Shown here piece by piece: positions 8,825 to 18,800 of a stretch of DNA of 64,000 bases. A program made the translations under genes and the position numbers. The notes below the pieces were generated by a model. That model saw nothing but the letters and a program-made list of their open reading frames with translations. It was not told where the DNA came from and did not search any database. This DNA comes from an uncultured virus (IMG/VR IMGVR_UViG_3300005611_000010) (taxonomy: Duplodnaviria; Heunggongvirae; Uroviricota; Caudoviricetes): IMG/VR virus record IMGVR_UViG_3300005611_000010; one strand, written 5' to 3'. Within the stretch, counting starts at the first letter, position 1, and every line of letters begins with the position of its first letter.

Positions 8825-9607
8825 ATGAAAATCAGTCAATCATTAATGAAATCCTTTGCTCAATACAAACAGGGCGAAGAATGTGGATTGGTAGTCAAGG
8901 CAAAATATGTAGACGGCAAGCAATCCCCCCCATCCGATGCGATGCGTTTGGGACAATACTTTGAATACGAAGCCACAGGTGCTTTACCTGCTTATGGCGA
9001 TGGAACACCCCCTGAACCCGAATTGGTGTATAAGGGTAAGCCTAACGAAAAACTTGCAACAGCCTATCAGCGCGCATATGATTCTGCGCAATACTTTAAG
9101 GCGATGGCAAAAGCCCTGAATATCGAAATCATAGAAGTCGGTAAACGCTTGGAAAATGAAACGATGTCAGGAACCACAGACCTATGGGTTAAGTGGAATG
9201 ACCGTACCTGTATTATTGACTTGAAGTATTCAGGATTGGTAGACAACAAATGGGATGACCTTGGATGGCACGAAGACTTCCTTGAACAAAAGGACAAACT
9301 TTTGGCGCAGGCGGTTCACTACAAGCACCTTGCTGAAGAAGAAATAGGCGAAGACGTGCCTTTTTACTTTTTCGTGTTTTCGTCCACAGACCCAAGTGAT
9401 GTGCGCATTTTTGAAATCATTGTTGACTCAAGCAAAACCGAACAACACTTAATTGCGGTCAATAATACCAAAGTGCTTTTTGAGCGCGAAATGAAAAACG
9501 ATTCTTGGAGCCCTTTGCCCAACTTGAAACGATGCAACAAATGTTTCTTAAACGAAACCTGTGAGTACAGAGCCCTTTTACCCGAAGTAAAACAAATTTA
9601 TTACTAA
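8825..9607 (+). CDS. PD-(D/E)XK exonuclease, Cas4/RecB-like, probable Fe-S cluster
   Basis: ISQS..., GTTDL, IIDLKYS, QAVHY; one N-terminal Cys plus C-terminal CxxCxxxxxC. Confidence 0.8.
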   Translation: MKISQSLMKSFAQYKQGEECGLVVKAKYVDGKQSPPSDAMRLGQYFEYEATGALPAYGDGTPPEPELVYKGKPNEKLATAYQRAYDSAQYFKAMAKALNIEIIEVGKRLENETMSGTTDLWVKWNDRTCIIDLKYSGLVDNKWDDLGWHEDFLEQKDKLLAQAVHYKHLAEEEIGEDVPFYFFVFSSTDPSDVRIFEIIVDSSKTEQHLIAVNNTKVLFEREMKNDSWSPLPNLKRCNKCFLNETCEYRALLPEVKQIYY

Positions 9608-10818
9608 TGCCATATTCATACCCTTTTTACAAAGAAGACGTTTGCGACCACATTGTTCGTGAACTCCGTGCAATATCAAACCCAAACATTTTAGATGTTG
9701 GTGCAGGAGCAGGAGCATACGCTGACCTGTTGCCATACAAGATGGATGCTGTTGAAATCTATGAGCCGTACATTGAGCGATTCAATCTTCGTTCAAAGTA
9801 TAGAAACATCATTATTGATGACATAATGAACGTTGACCTTACCCCATACGACTATATTATAATGGGCGACGTTTTGGAACATATCCCCGTTAACGATGCT
9901 CAAGCCTTGATTACCAAAATGGAAATCGAAGGCAAAAAGTGTATGGTGGCAATTCCGTACCTGTACGAGCAAGGGGAGTGGGAAGGAAATATTTACGAAA
10001 CTCATCACCAACCCGACTTGACACCGCAGATAATGGAACGCAGATACCCAACTTTGCGTCACTTGCGTGGCAATGCCGAGTATGCTTATTACGTCAACTA
10101 CGATTGGTTCGTGAAACCAAACATTATAGTTAGCGCAGGTCGTCGCCTTGAATATTTGAAGGACACCATTGCTTCGCTCGCATACCACAATAATTTAGAA
10201 CATTTTGGTCAGGTGTATATTTTAGATGACAGGTCTACGGATGCAGACAGGATGGAGTCTTTAAGATTCGCCCGATTGTATTTTCAAGACAGGGTACACT
10301 TAATAACCTTTGACAATCACGGTCACTTTGAATTTGTGGAAAAATTCAATATGATAAAAAATTTAATGGGCGATTCTGATTTTGTATTTTTGTTAGAAGA
10401 CGATTGGCGCAGTTTAAAGCCACTCGATATTGCAAAACACATTGCTTATTTATATCAGAATCCAAAGGTTGACCAAATTATGTTTTCACAGCGATTCGAT
10501 ATTCAATGGGATGAAACTCAAGCAAAAACAAATATCAATGACGAGTATTGGAGCAACCCCTTTCCAAATGTGTACAAACACTTATATGAAATTAGAAATG
10601 GCTTATATATGTGGCAGGAAGTAAGGGTCAATAACTATGGCAATAACCCGTCCATTTATCGTCGTCGTGTTTTTGAAAACAAATATTTTATTAAAGACCA
10701 CGGATGGGAAATGGACTTTGCAGACCGTTACGCGGGCAGAACTCAAATCTTTACCAAAGAAAATCACTTTCAACATATTGGAATTAACTCACTTGTAGAC
10801 ATTATCCCCAAACCTTAA
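9607..10818 (+). CDS. Class I SAM methyltransferase fused to a GT-A (GT2-like) glycosyltransferase
   Basis: ILDVGAGAG and GDVLEHI; then YILDDRS, FLLEDDW, NNPSIYR, HIG. Confidence 0.8.
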   Translation: MPYSYPFYKEDVCDHIVRELRAISNPNILDVGAGAGAYADLLPYKMDAVEIYEPYIERFNLRSKYRNIIIDDIMNVDLTPYDYIIMGDVLEHIPVNDAQALITKMEIEGKKCMVAIPYLYEQGEWEGNIYETHHQPDLTPQIMERRYPTLRHLRGNAEYAYYVNYDWFVKPNIIVSAGRRLEYLKDTIASLAYHNNLEHFGQVYILDDRSTDADRMESLRFARLYFQDRVHLITFDNHGHFEFVEKFNMIKNLMGDSDFVFLLEDDWRSLKPLDIAKHIAYLYQNPKVDQIMFSQRFDIQWDETQAKTNINDEYWSNPFPNVYKHLYEIRNGLYMWQEVRVNNYGNNPSIYRRRVFENKYFIKDHGWEMDFADRYAGRTQIFTKENHFQHIGINSLVDIIPKP

Positions 10819-11042
10819 TGGCAGAAGAAAAAGAAATTGACCTCTTTGGCGGTCATTACGAAGAAGACACGATTGTCAAAATGATTTTAGAAGAAAACTC
10901 ACGCTCCGAAGCGGTAATCAAGATGAATGCAGAAATAAACAGGTTCAACCAACATATGAATATATTTGGGTATAGTCCTGATGACCTACGTCGAATGAAA
11001 CGAATGCGGAGCGTCCTAAAGAACATCGACACCTATGAATAA
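10818..11042 (+). CDS. Hypothetical protein
   Basis: TAATG-coupled 74-aa ORF. Confidence 0.6.
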   Translation: MAEEKEIDLFGGHYEEDTIVKMILEENSRSEAVIKMNAEINRFNQHMNIFGYSPDDLRRMKRMRSVLKNIDTYE

Positions 11043-11301
11043 ACACCAAGTGTTTCAATACAGCAAAGAACTCAATCCTGCTTTAAAACAGCAATTTATT
11101 AAAGGCTATGACCAAGCCGTAATAGGAATGACCCTTGACCTTCAGCGTGTAGTGTATTCCTTGACGAAAATGGTCGGTAGATTTACCCACGGAGAATTTG
11201 ACAATGAAGATAAGTTGTCTGATTTTTTTAACGACGAACTCCCTAAAATTCAAGAAAAATATAAAGACGCACTAATCATTCACGACTATATATATGGATA
11301 A
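11035..11301 (+). CDS. Hypothetical phage protein
   Basis: GYDQAVIG...RVVYSLTKM pattern common in phages. Confidence 0.65.
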   Translation: MNKHQVFQYSKELNPALKQQFIKGYDQAVIGMTLDLQRVVYSLTKMVGRFTHGEFDNEDKLSDFFNDELPKIQEKYKDALIIHDYIYG

Positions 11302-12082
11302 CGCTTTAATCACGAAGTTTGAAACACAACTTCAGCACTTTGAAAAAAAGGTGCTTACCAACCTATTGGTGCATCACAATATGCACCCTGCACAGTTCAA
11401 GCAGATTGTCTTGACCGAAATTAAAAAAAGCCCGCAGATGTTGGAAGCCTTTCGGCTAAACCCTGCAAGCCTGTTTGGCGCAATAATCCATTGTGCTGAA
11501 TTAGGACTTTCGCCTTCTCAACAACTTGGGGAATTTTTCTTTATTCCGTATAGGGGGCACATTCGCCCTATTTTGGGTTATAAAGGACTCGTTACGCTGT
11601 TATTGCGAAACAATGGACTGAAAACTATTATGTGTGAAAGCGTACACGAAGCAGATGACTTTGAGTACGAACTTGGACTTGACCCGATTCTTAAACACGT
11701 TCCTAAAGACGAAATAAGGACTTCCTTTACGCTTACTCACATTTACTGTGTAGTTAAGACTCGCGATGACGAAAAGCCGTTTAAAGTGCTGTCAAAGGCT
11801 GAATTGGAAAAGATTGTGTCGAACCTTACCAACGCAAACGACTTGTATTGGAATGATAAAAAAGATTCGCAGTTTTGGATGCTGAAAAAGATTGTATTAA
11901 AGCAATTGGCAAAGTTGCTTCCGAAAGATAATTTGGGACTTCGTGCTTTGGCTATCGACGACCAAATGGAAGGCGGGGCAGTAATTTCACTCGATGACAA
12001 TGAGCAAGTGGTAGTGTTAGATGACAAAAAGCCACAAGTGAAGTCCAAGGGGCTTTACGATTCGCTTGCTATTGAAGAGTAA
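11294..12082 (+). CDS. recT: RecT-family single-strand annealing recombinase
   Basis: SLFGAIIHCAELGLSP, FFIPY, LGYKGLVTL, VHEADDFEYELG, MLKKIVLKQLAKLLPK. Confidence 0.9.
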   Translation: MDNALITKFETQLQHFEKKVLTNLLVHHNMHPAQFKQIVLTEIKKSPQMLEAFRLNPASLFGAIIHCAELGLSPSQQLGEFFFIPYRGHIRPILGYKGLVTLLLRNNGLKTIMCESVHEADDFEYELGLDPILKHVPKDEIRTSFTLTHIYCVVKTRDDEKPFKVLSKAELEKIVSNLTNANDLYWNDKKDSQFWMLKKIVLKQLAKLLPKDNLGLRALAIDDQMEGGAVISLDDNEQVVVLDDKKPQVKSKGLYDSLAIEE

Positions 12083-12087
12083 TTGAT

Positions 12088-12207
12088 TAAATTTGTATTC
12101 TATTGTTGTGCCAATTAAAAGTATGGCGCAAATGATGGATTTAAGTTTACCAACGAAGTGACTGTTCCTTCAGACCTCAAAGCCGCTCCATTAGGGGCGG
12201 TTTTTTT
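12088..12207 (+). ncRNA. Candidate small RNA or 12-codon peptide transcript
   Basis: TAAATTTG at 12088-12095, hairpin TGTGCCA...TGGCGCA, then terminator. Confidence 0.3.
12179..12207. terminator. Probably bidirectional terminator between the convergent blocks
   Basis: AAAGCCGCTCC-ATTA-GGGGCGG-T7. Confidence 0.8.
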
Positions 12208-12589
12208 ATAGGATGACTAAATCACCAAATTCCGTAACATCATTGTAAGTGACGATTGCCTCCAAGGCTGTATTCGGGTAGGCTACGTTAAATATTCCAA
12301 GGGCTAAATTGTTTAGTTCAACAATAAAACGCTCATAACTTCCATAGGTTTGACCTGAAGCAATTAACCAAACTGCGGAACCAACATTTCGATACTGTAG
12401 TGTAAATCCTGTAGAAGCCGCCCAATTTGCAGGTGGGTTAGCACCTTGGGGTAAAGCGACATCAAAAAGATATTCTGTTACTGCGTTTACATTGTTCCTA
12501 TTAGTATCAGAAAGCCCACCCAATATCGAAATACGATTGGTATAGACTGTGTTGTTCTTAATGTTTAATATGATTGTTCTTGCGGGCAT
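12206..12589 (-). CDS. Putative minor structural protein
   Basis: Beta-rich 127 aa; N-terminus TIILNIKNNT..ISILGG weakly resembles YIIQVANT..FDVLGS of 43726-44421. Confidence 0.55.
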   Translation of the reverse strand: MPARTIILNIKNNTVYTNRISILGGLSDTNRNNVNAVTEYLFDVALPQGANPPANWAASTGFTLQYRNVGSAVWLIASGQTYGSYERFIVELNNLALGIFNVAYPNTALEAIVTYNDVTEFGDLVIL

Positions 12590-13038
12590 TAAAAGTCTAT
12601 TTCGTAATCCTCAAAAAATTCTAAATCTCCAAAGTTACTTTCGCCTTTGGTTAACAAATCAGTTGGGCTCATTTCTTGGATGTCAATCCTAAAATCAAGC
12701 GATACGTTTGGCAAAAGCGTGGGCTCAAAAGTATTGTCACCATCAAAATTGTAATCAAAATTTGTTGTGGGTGTACTTAATGCCGATGTAAACTGATAAG
12801 GGTCAACAGTAGTAGCCAAATATTTGACGTGCTTATCACCGAACTTGTTATACTTTTTTAAATATAAGGGTTGAAGAAGTTGGTCGATGTTTGTAGCATA
12901 TTGATAAATATTCTTCATTTTGTAGGAAAAACTTCCAATAGACGCATTTAGCGTCGCATAATCCAAGTCCCCCGTGCTTGTTACTTCAACAGCAGGAGCC
13001 GCAAGGGTTTGTACTATGGGTGGAAATGTTGCCGCCAT
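12589..13038 (-). CDS. Paralog of the putative major capsid protein
   Basis: Shares colinear Y..L, QLL, G, TVDPYQ and Y.[IF]DG with 43726-44421. Confidence 0.65.
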   Translation of the reverse strand: MAATFPPIVQTLAAPAVEVTSTGDLDYATLNASIGSFSYKMKNIYQYATNIDQLLQPLYLKKYNKFGDKHVKYLATTVDPYQFTSALSTPTTNFDYNFDGDNTFEPTLLPNVSLDFRIDIQEMSPTDLLTKGESNFGDLEFFEDYEIDF

Positions 13039-13359
13039 TTATCGTGCTATTAAGACATCTTTGCCATCCAAAGTTCGTGCTACGAAACTACCGCTTTTGG
13101 TTCTGAATACTTTCATACCATATTCGTCAGCAAAGATTGAATTCAATTTACTTAATTCAGACGGTTTTTCACCCGCCTCTGTTGCATTTATGTAAGCATC
13201 GAGAATTGTCCGAGCATCGCCTTTACGCTTTACTTCGTCCTTTGAAGCCTTTTCGGGCTTGCCCAATCCATTTTTCTTGGGTTTCACCAATAGATAAATC
13301 ACCACCGTTATTCCAATGATGGCGATTGCATTTTTCCATTCCCGACTTACATTCATCAT
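13039..13359 (-). CDS. Small membrane protein (N-terminal TM)
   Basis: AIAIIGITVVIYLLVKPKK. Confidence 0.7.
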   Translation of the reverse strand: MMNVSREWKNAIAIIGITVVIYLLVKPKKNGLGKPEKASKDEVKRKGDARTILDAYINATEAGEKPSELSKLNSIFADEYGMKVFRTKSGSFVARTLDGKDVLIAR

Positions 13360-13760
13360 TTACGTTTCCGTAATAATACTACCGTTAAAACAATACCCGC
13401 TATGCCCACAAGGGAGCCAACGACTATCAAAGTTATTTCCCTGTTTTTTGCTTGATTTTGCGCGTTCTGTAGAATGCGTAGTTTTTCTGCTTTTGTGTTT
13501 GCTTTGCCTAACTCTTCAGCAAGTCTTTGTTGCTGTGCGCCTGACAACTTTGCAAGGTCTTTCTGAAGTTGTACCTGTTGATTTGTTGAATAAACACCTA
13601 CGGTAATATCCCCCGCCAACTTAATGGCTTGACCAATCAAGTCTGCGTTGCTTGCGGCACTACCTGCGCCTTTAGCCACATCAGCCGCCCCATCGATATG
13701 CAAAAAGTTTTCGTGCGCTGTTGCTTGATTTTTGGCGAAATACGATTTTATGTCGCTCAT
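13356..13760 (-). CDS. C-terminally anchored membrane protein with capsid-like N-terminal leader
   Basis: MSDIKSYFAKNQATAHENFLHIDG leader; C-terminal TM followed by RKRK. Confidence 0.75.
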   Translation of the reverse strand: MSDIKSYFAKNQATAHENFLHIDGAADVAKGAGSAASNADLIGQAIKLAGDITVGVYSTNQQVQLQKDLAKLSGAQQQRLAEELGKANTKAEKLRILQNAQNQAKNREITLIVVGSLVGIAGIVLTVVLLRKRK

Positions 13761-14149
13761 TTTTTCTTGTTTTTAGTTAAAATATAAATAAGTATAACCG
13801 CTACCAAAACCCCACCGATTCCAATAGCAATTCCTACATTTTCCTTTCTTTTGTCCAATTGGTCGCGCAATTCTACTTCTTGAAGTATCAAGGCAACTTG
13901 TGCTTGTTTGTTTTGAGCCTTTTGCGCTTTTTCAAGAAGTAATGCTCTTTCTTCTTCGTTTAATTTCCCAATCTTCCGCTCTAAATCTGCTTTGCGTTTT
14001 GCGTCAACGGCTTTATCGCCTGTTTCATACAAAGCCATACCAACCAAAACAACCGTAACGGGGTCAATCGCAAGAATGACATTGTCCCCTGCCCATCCAT
14101 AGAATAAAGCGTGACAAATGAAATCCCAAATTGCGATTATTACGTCCAT
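13757..14149 (-). CDS. C-terminally anchored membrane protein, paralog of 13356-13760
   Basis: KIGKLNEEERALLLEKAQKAQNK vs DLAKLSGAQQQRLAEELGKANTK; TM followed by KNKKK. Confidence 0.7.
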   Translation of the reverse strand: MDVIIAIWDFICHALFYGWAGDNVILAIDPVTVVLVGMALYETGDKAVDAKRKADLERKIGKLNEEERALLLEKAQKAQNKQAQVALILQEVELRDQLDKRKENVGIAIGIGGVLVAVILIYILTKNKKK

Positions 14150-14385
14150 TAGTTTTTTGAAAGTTGTGTTTTGGTGTCGGATTTGAATTCAATAAAAGCA
14201 TCTTTCATAAGACGCAATTCTGTTTCGATACGGGTACTGCTTAATTTTAAATCTTCGATGTCTTGGGTTTGTTTTTTGTTATCAAAATAAAACTGCGAGC
14301 AGAAAAAGGTACAAATGCCGAGTAATATTCGGTATGCCCATTTCTCGAAGAGCGCGTTCTGTTGTTCTTTTATAGTTTGTGTCAT
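14149..14385 (-). CDS. Small TM plus coiled-coil protein
   Basis: Start moved to ATG 14385; WAYRILLGICTFFCSQFYF followed by coiled coil. Confidence 0.6.
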   Translation of the reverse strand: MTQTIKEQQNALFEKWAYRILLGICTFFCSQFYFDNKKQTQDIEDLKLSSTRIETELRLMKDAFIEFKSDTKTQLSKN

Positions 14386-14386
14386 T

Positions 14387-14854
14387 TTACTTATAACCGT
14401 TTGATAAGCAGAAATTGCGGTATTTTCCGATGACTTCCTGTAAGACAGATTCAACGGATTGATTTGTCGTGTCGATTGCTTCAGGGTCACTTGGTTCTTC
14501 ATAATCCGCATATTCCTTTTTATTGCTAATTCTTTTTTCTTCGTCGTGCGTCAAATACACCCAAAGGATTCCTTTCTTTTCATTGAACAATACCCTTTGG
14601 TCTTCATAAGCAAAAGAAACGCTTACCAACACTACGTCATTTAGCGATTCTTCATATCGGGCAATTTCCATCGACTTGGCAATCAGGGCTCGTTCAGTTT
14701 CTTGACTGAAACCTTTCATACCATACACAAAACGCAACTTATCGCTGTCAAGGTAATGACAACGAACAGGAAGGTTTTGCTTTATCCATCCATAGAACTC
14801 ACGACATATAGTAGTTTTTCCTGAATTCCTTTTTCCATAAAAAACCACTATCAT
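14387..14854 (-). CDS. P-loop kinase, adenylylsulfate-kinase-like
   Basis: VVFYGKRNSGKTT, YLDSDKLR, GFSQE..R. Confidence 0.65.
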   Translation of the reverse strand: MIVVFYGKRNSGKTTICREFYGWIKQNLPVRCHYLDSDKLRFVYGMKGFSQETERALIAKSMEIARYEESLNDVVLVSVSFAYEDQRVLFNEKKGILWVYLTHDEEKRISNKKEYADYEEPSDPEAIDTTNQSVESVLQEVIGKYRNFCLSNGYK

Positions 14855-15108
14855 AAATCATTTCGTTTAACGAATTCTCCCGTGTCTGTGTCAATATCGC
14901 CTACACCATACTTTGTTTTGATGTCTTCAAAATATTGTTTATGCTCACCGTCAAACTCTTCCAAACCTTTAAAAATATTATCTTTTACTTTTTGGAGTCT
15001 AACAATTTCTTGTTCAATTCTACCGACTTCGCGAAGGCTTGAATTGTGTTTGTCGCTTATTTGTTTAGCGGTTCTCCATTCAGCATCAGTTAAATATATT
15101 TTGTCCAT
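14851..15108 (-). CDS. Small coiled-coil phage protein
   Basis: KYGVGDIDTDTGEF C-terminus; preceded by a promoter. Confidence 0.7.
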   Translation of the reverse strand: MDKIYLTDAEWRTAKQISDKHNSSLREVGRIEQEIVRLQKVKDNIFKGLEEFDGEHKQYFEDIKTKYGVGDIDTDTGEFVKRNDL

Positions 15109-15128
15109 ATCACATATTTTAATTTATT

Positions 15129-15159
15129 CAAAAATAATATTTTAATAGGGGTATTCAAA
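15129..15159 (-). promoter_or_regulatory. Bacteroidota promoter (TTTG-N19-TATTTTTG)
   Basis: Both elements upstream of ATG 15108. Confidence 0.55.
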
Positions 15160-15204
15160 GAATCTATATTTTACGAAATAACTTAATGGTAAATTAGTAG
15201 TCAA

Positions 15205-15873
15205 TTAAGTAAACGTAATACTTATATCACAGCCGCTACCGTCAGTATTTACAGTACCATAAGTTCCAAAATCCACAACCAATTGTCCACCAAATGAAGG
15301 TGAAGTTCCGTTAAATACATTTGTCCCATTTATTGTTACATCTGTAGTTCCACCACCTCCTTGTGGGTCAGAATCAATCGTAATCACATAATACAACACA
15401 GCGATTAAAGGTGTTGTACTTGCCGATTCAAAATTAATTGCTCCACTTGATTGTGCAGGAGCCCCTGTATTACCAAAAGCATATTGATAAGTCTGTGTGC
15501 TGTCGTATAATTCGACTGTTATGGTAAAATCATTGGCTGATGGTGGGGTAGGGAATACGGGTGTGTTTAGAGTATTGTTAAAATTTAACTTGGCTTGATA
15601 GGTACTGCCGTCATAAAAATAGTCCTTATTACCAAAATCATTAATAGCCTGTGGCGTGTTTTGCGCACTCAATCCAAAAATTCTATCGTCACCTGTAGTA
15701 TTGCCGTACCTACCCCAACCGTTGAAGGAGTAGGTACTGCTTCCATTTGAACCCTCGAAATAGGAAATGCGCGACAAATCTCCAAAAGAAATGTTATCAC
15801 CGCCACTTGGTGAAGGGTTGCCCGCTTCAGTCCAAATGTCGCTAATGCCGATGTCTGAACTTGGTGTAGTCAT
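15205..15873 (-). CDS. Fibre-associated structural protein
   Basis: MTTPSSDIGISDI...ISFGDL start typical of genes following S74 fibres; beta-rich. Confidence 0.6.
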   Translation of the reverse strand: MTTPSSDIGISDIWTEAGNPSPSGGDNISFGDLSRISYFEGSNGSSTYSFNGWGRYGNTTGDDRIFGLSAQNTPQAINDFGNKDYFYDGSTYQAKLNFNNTLNTPVFPTPPSANDFTITVELYDSTQTYQYAFGNTGAPAQSSGAINFESASTTPLIAVLYYVITIDSDPQGGGGTTDVTINGTNVFNGTSPSFGGQLVVDFGTYGTVNTDGSGCDISITFT

Positions 15874-15874
15874 A

Positions 15875-18800
15875 TTATTTTAGTTTATCAACTTTTTCAT
15901 TCAACTCTCGAATTGCTTCGATTAGTAACGCAACCAACTTTTCGTATTTCACGCCTTTAAATCCTGAATCACGCGTAGTAACGATTTCGGGTAGTATTGC
16001 TTCAATTTCTTGAGCAATAACACCCACGTCGTGACCTTCAAACCCGTGGTGGATTTTGTGTTCAGGTTTCCAATCGAATTCATATCCACCAATTGAAAGA
16101 ACCTTATCAAGTGCGTTTCCGATACGAACTACATTTTCCTTGTAACGCGCGTCTGAAGAACTGAATGCTACTACATCATTTGCCGCGTCGATACGACCTG
16201 TCGTACCCGAAGGTGTAATGTTTCCGACTGCAAGAGAAGTAGCAACCTTGACTTTCGATGTACTTACAGTAACCGTAGTGCCATCGTCGGTAATGTTTGA
16301 ATCTCCTAAAGAACTTCCACCACCCGTGAACTTCACTACTGTATTGTTTGTACCGCTGATTGATACAGACGTACCCGCGCTACCCGCAGTACCTGAAGTA
16401 CCTGCGCTACCTGCCGCACCTGACGCTCCACTTGAACCACTTGAGCCCGCTGTTTCAAAGAACACCAAGAATTCATCGTTGTTGTTCCAAGTTCCTGCTT
16501 GAGCAATCACGTTACCTTGGTATTCCGCGTAGCCTGACCTTGGTATACCGTTCGCATCCAATTGATAGTAAGCGTAAGTGCTTGGGTCTGTTTTCTTAAC
16601 AAACTTCACCCAAGTAAACACAAGAGCCACATCAAGAATCTGTCCAAGATTAACAGCGGGGCTATGCGCTACATCATCAATTACAAAGACTGATGGTGAA
16701 GAACCTATTGCCGCATTGAATCTGAAGAAACCTGCTGTTGGGTCAGTCATCGATGTGCTCGTACTGTATTTCCAAATAGCAAGGTGTCCTTCGTAACCTG
16801 AAGTACCTGCTGTTCCTGAAGTACCTGCCGCACCTGCCGCACCATTAGCACCGCTTGTTCCTGAAGAACCTGCCGCACCTGTTTGTCCACTTGAACCGCT
16901 TGTTCCTGAAGAACCTGCCGCACCTGCCGCACCTGTTTGTCCGCTTGAACCACTTGAGCCGCTTGAACCACTTGAGCCGCTTGAGCCATTTGCACCATTA
17001 GCACCGCTTGTTCCTGAAGAACCTGCCGCACCTGTTTGTCCACTTGAACCACTTGAGCCCGCGCTTCCGCTTGAGCCTGATGACCCGCGCGTACCTGAAG
17101 TACCTGCGCTTCCGCTTGAGCCTGATGACCCTGAAGAACCTGCCGCACCTGTAGCACCATTAGCACCACTTGTTCCTGAAGAACCCGAAGAGCCTGTGCT
17201 TCCTGAAGAACCTGAAGAACCTCTTGTACCTGAAGTACCTGCGCTTCCGCTTGAGCCTGATGACCCTGAAGAACCTGCCGCACCTGTAGCACCGTTTACA
17301 CCGCTCGTACCTGAAGACCCTGAAGAACCTGTGCTTCCGCTTGAGCCCGAAGAACCATTAGCACCGTTAGCACCACTTGTTCCTGACGTACCTGCGCTTC
17401 CGCTTGAGCCCGCAGAGCCACTTGAGCCGCTTGAGCCATTTGCACCATTAGCACCGCTTGTTCCTGAAGAACCGCTTGAGCCTGTGCTTCCGCTTGAGCC
17501 CGATGACCCGCGCGTACCTGACGTACCTGCGCTTCCGCTTGAGCCCGCAGAGCCACTTGAGCCACTTGAACCGTTTGCACCTGAAGTTCCTGAAGAACCT
17601 GAAGTTGCTGAACTTCCACTTGAGCCCGCGCTTCCTGAAGAACCACTTGAGCCACTTGAGCCGTTTGCACCCGAAGTTCCTGAAGAACCCGAAGAGCCTG
17701 TGCTTCCTGAAGAACCTGAAGAACCTCTTGTTCCTGAAGTACCTGCGCTACCGCTTGAGCCGCTTGAGCCTGAAGAACCACTTGAGCCATTTGCTCCTGA
17801 AGTTCCTGAAGTTCCTGCGCTTCCACTTGAACCTGAAGAACCTGAAGAACCGCTTGAGCCATTTGCTCCGCTTGTGCCTGAAGTACCTGCACTACCGCTT
17901 GAGCCTGCGCTTCCTGAAGAACCTGCCGAGCCTGAAGTACCTGAAGACCCGCTTGAGCCTGTGCTTCCGCTTGAGCCTGATGACCCGCGCGTACCTGATG
18001 TACCCGCAGAACCACTTGACCCTGCACTTCCGCTTGAACCGCTTGAGCCATTTGCACCACTTGTTCCTGAAGAACCCGATGTAGCAGATGACCCGCTTGA
18101 GCCTGCGCTTCCTGAAGAACCGCTTGAACCGCTTGAGCCGTTCGCTCCTGAAGTTCCTGAAGAGCCTGATGTAGCAGATGAACCACTTGAGCCCGCGCTT
18201 CCTGAAGACCCTGAAGAACCGCTTGAGCCGTTTGCTCCGCTTGTTCCTGATGTACCTGCTGAACCCGAAGAACCTGCACTTCCTGAAGAACCTGCACTAC
18301 CTGAAGTTGCGCTTGACCCTGAAGAACCGCTTGTTCCTGTGCTTCCGCTTGAGCCCGTGCTTCCGCTTGAGCCTGATGACCCGCGCGTACCTGAAGTACC
18401 TGCGCTACCGCTTGAGCCTGCGCTTCCGCTTGAGCCGCTTGACCCGTTTGCACCACTCGTGCCTGAAGTACCTGCACTTCCACTTGAGCCTGCGCTTCCA
18501 CTTGAACCTGCACTACCTGAAGTAGCACTTGAACCCGAAGACCCGCTTGTACCTGTAGAACCTGAAGAACCTGTACTTCCTGAAGAACCTGAAGAACCTC
18601 TTGTTCCTGAAGTTCCTGCACTTCCGCTTGAGCCACTTGAACCCGAAGAACCACTTGAGCCATTTGCTCCTGAAGTTCCTGATGTTCCTGCCGAGCCTGA
18701 AGAGCCTGCACTACCTGACGAACCTGCGCTACCTGATGTTGCGCTTGAACCTGAAGAACCTGAAGTACCTGTGCTTCCGCTTGAGCCCGTGCTTCCGCTT

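Noticed and set aside
8825..9607. Cas4 as evidence of a CRISPR-Cas locus
   Set aside because: No cas1/cas2 or array; context with RecT indicates a recombination nuclease
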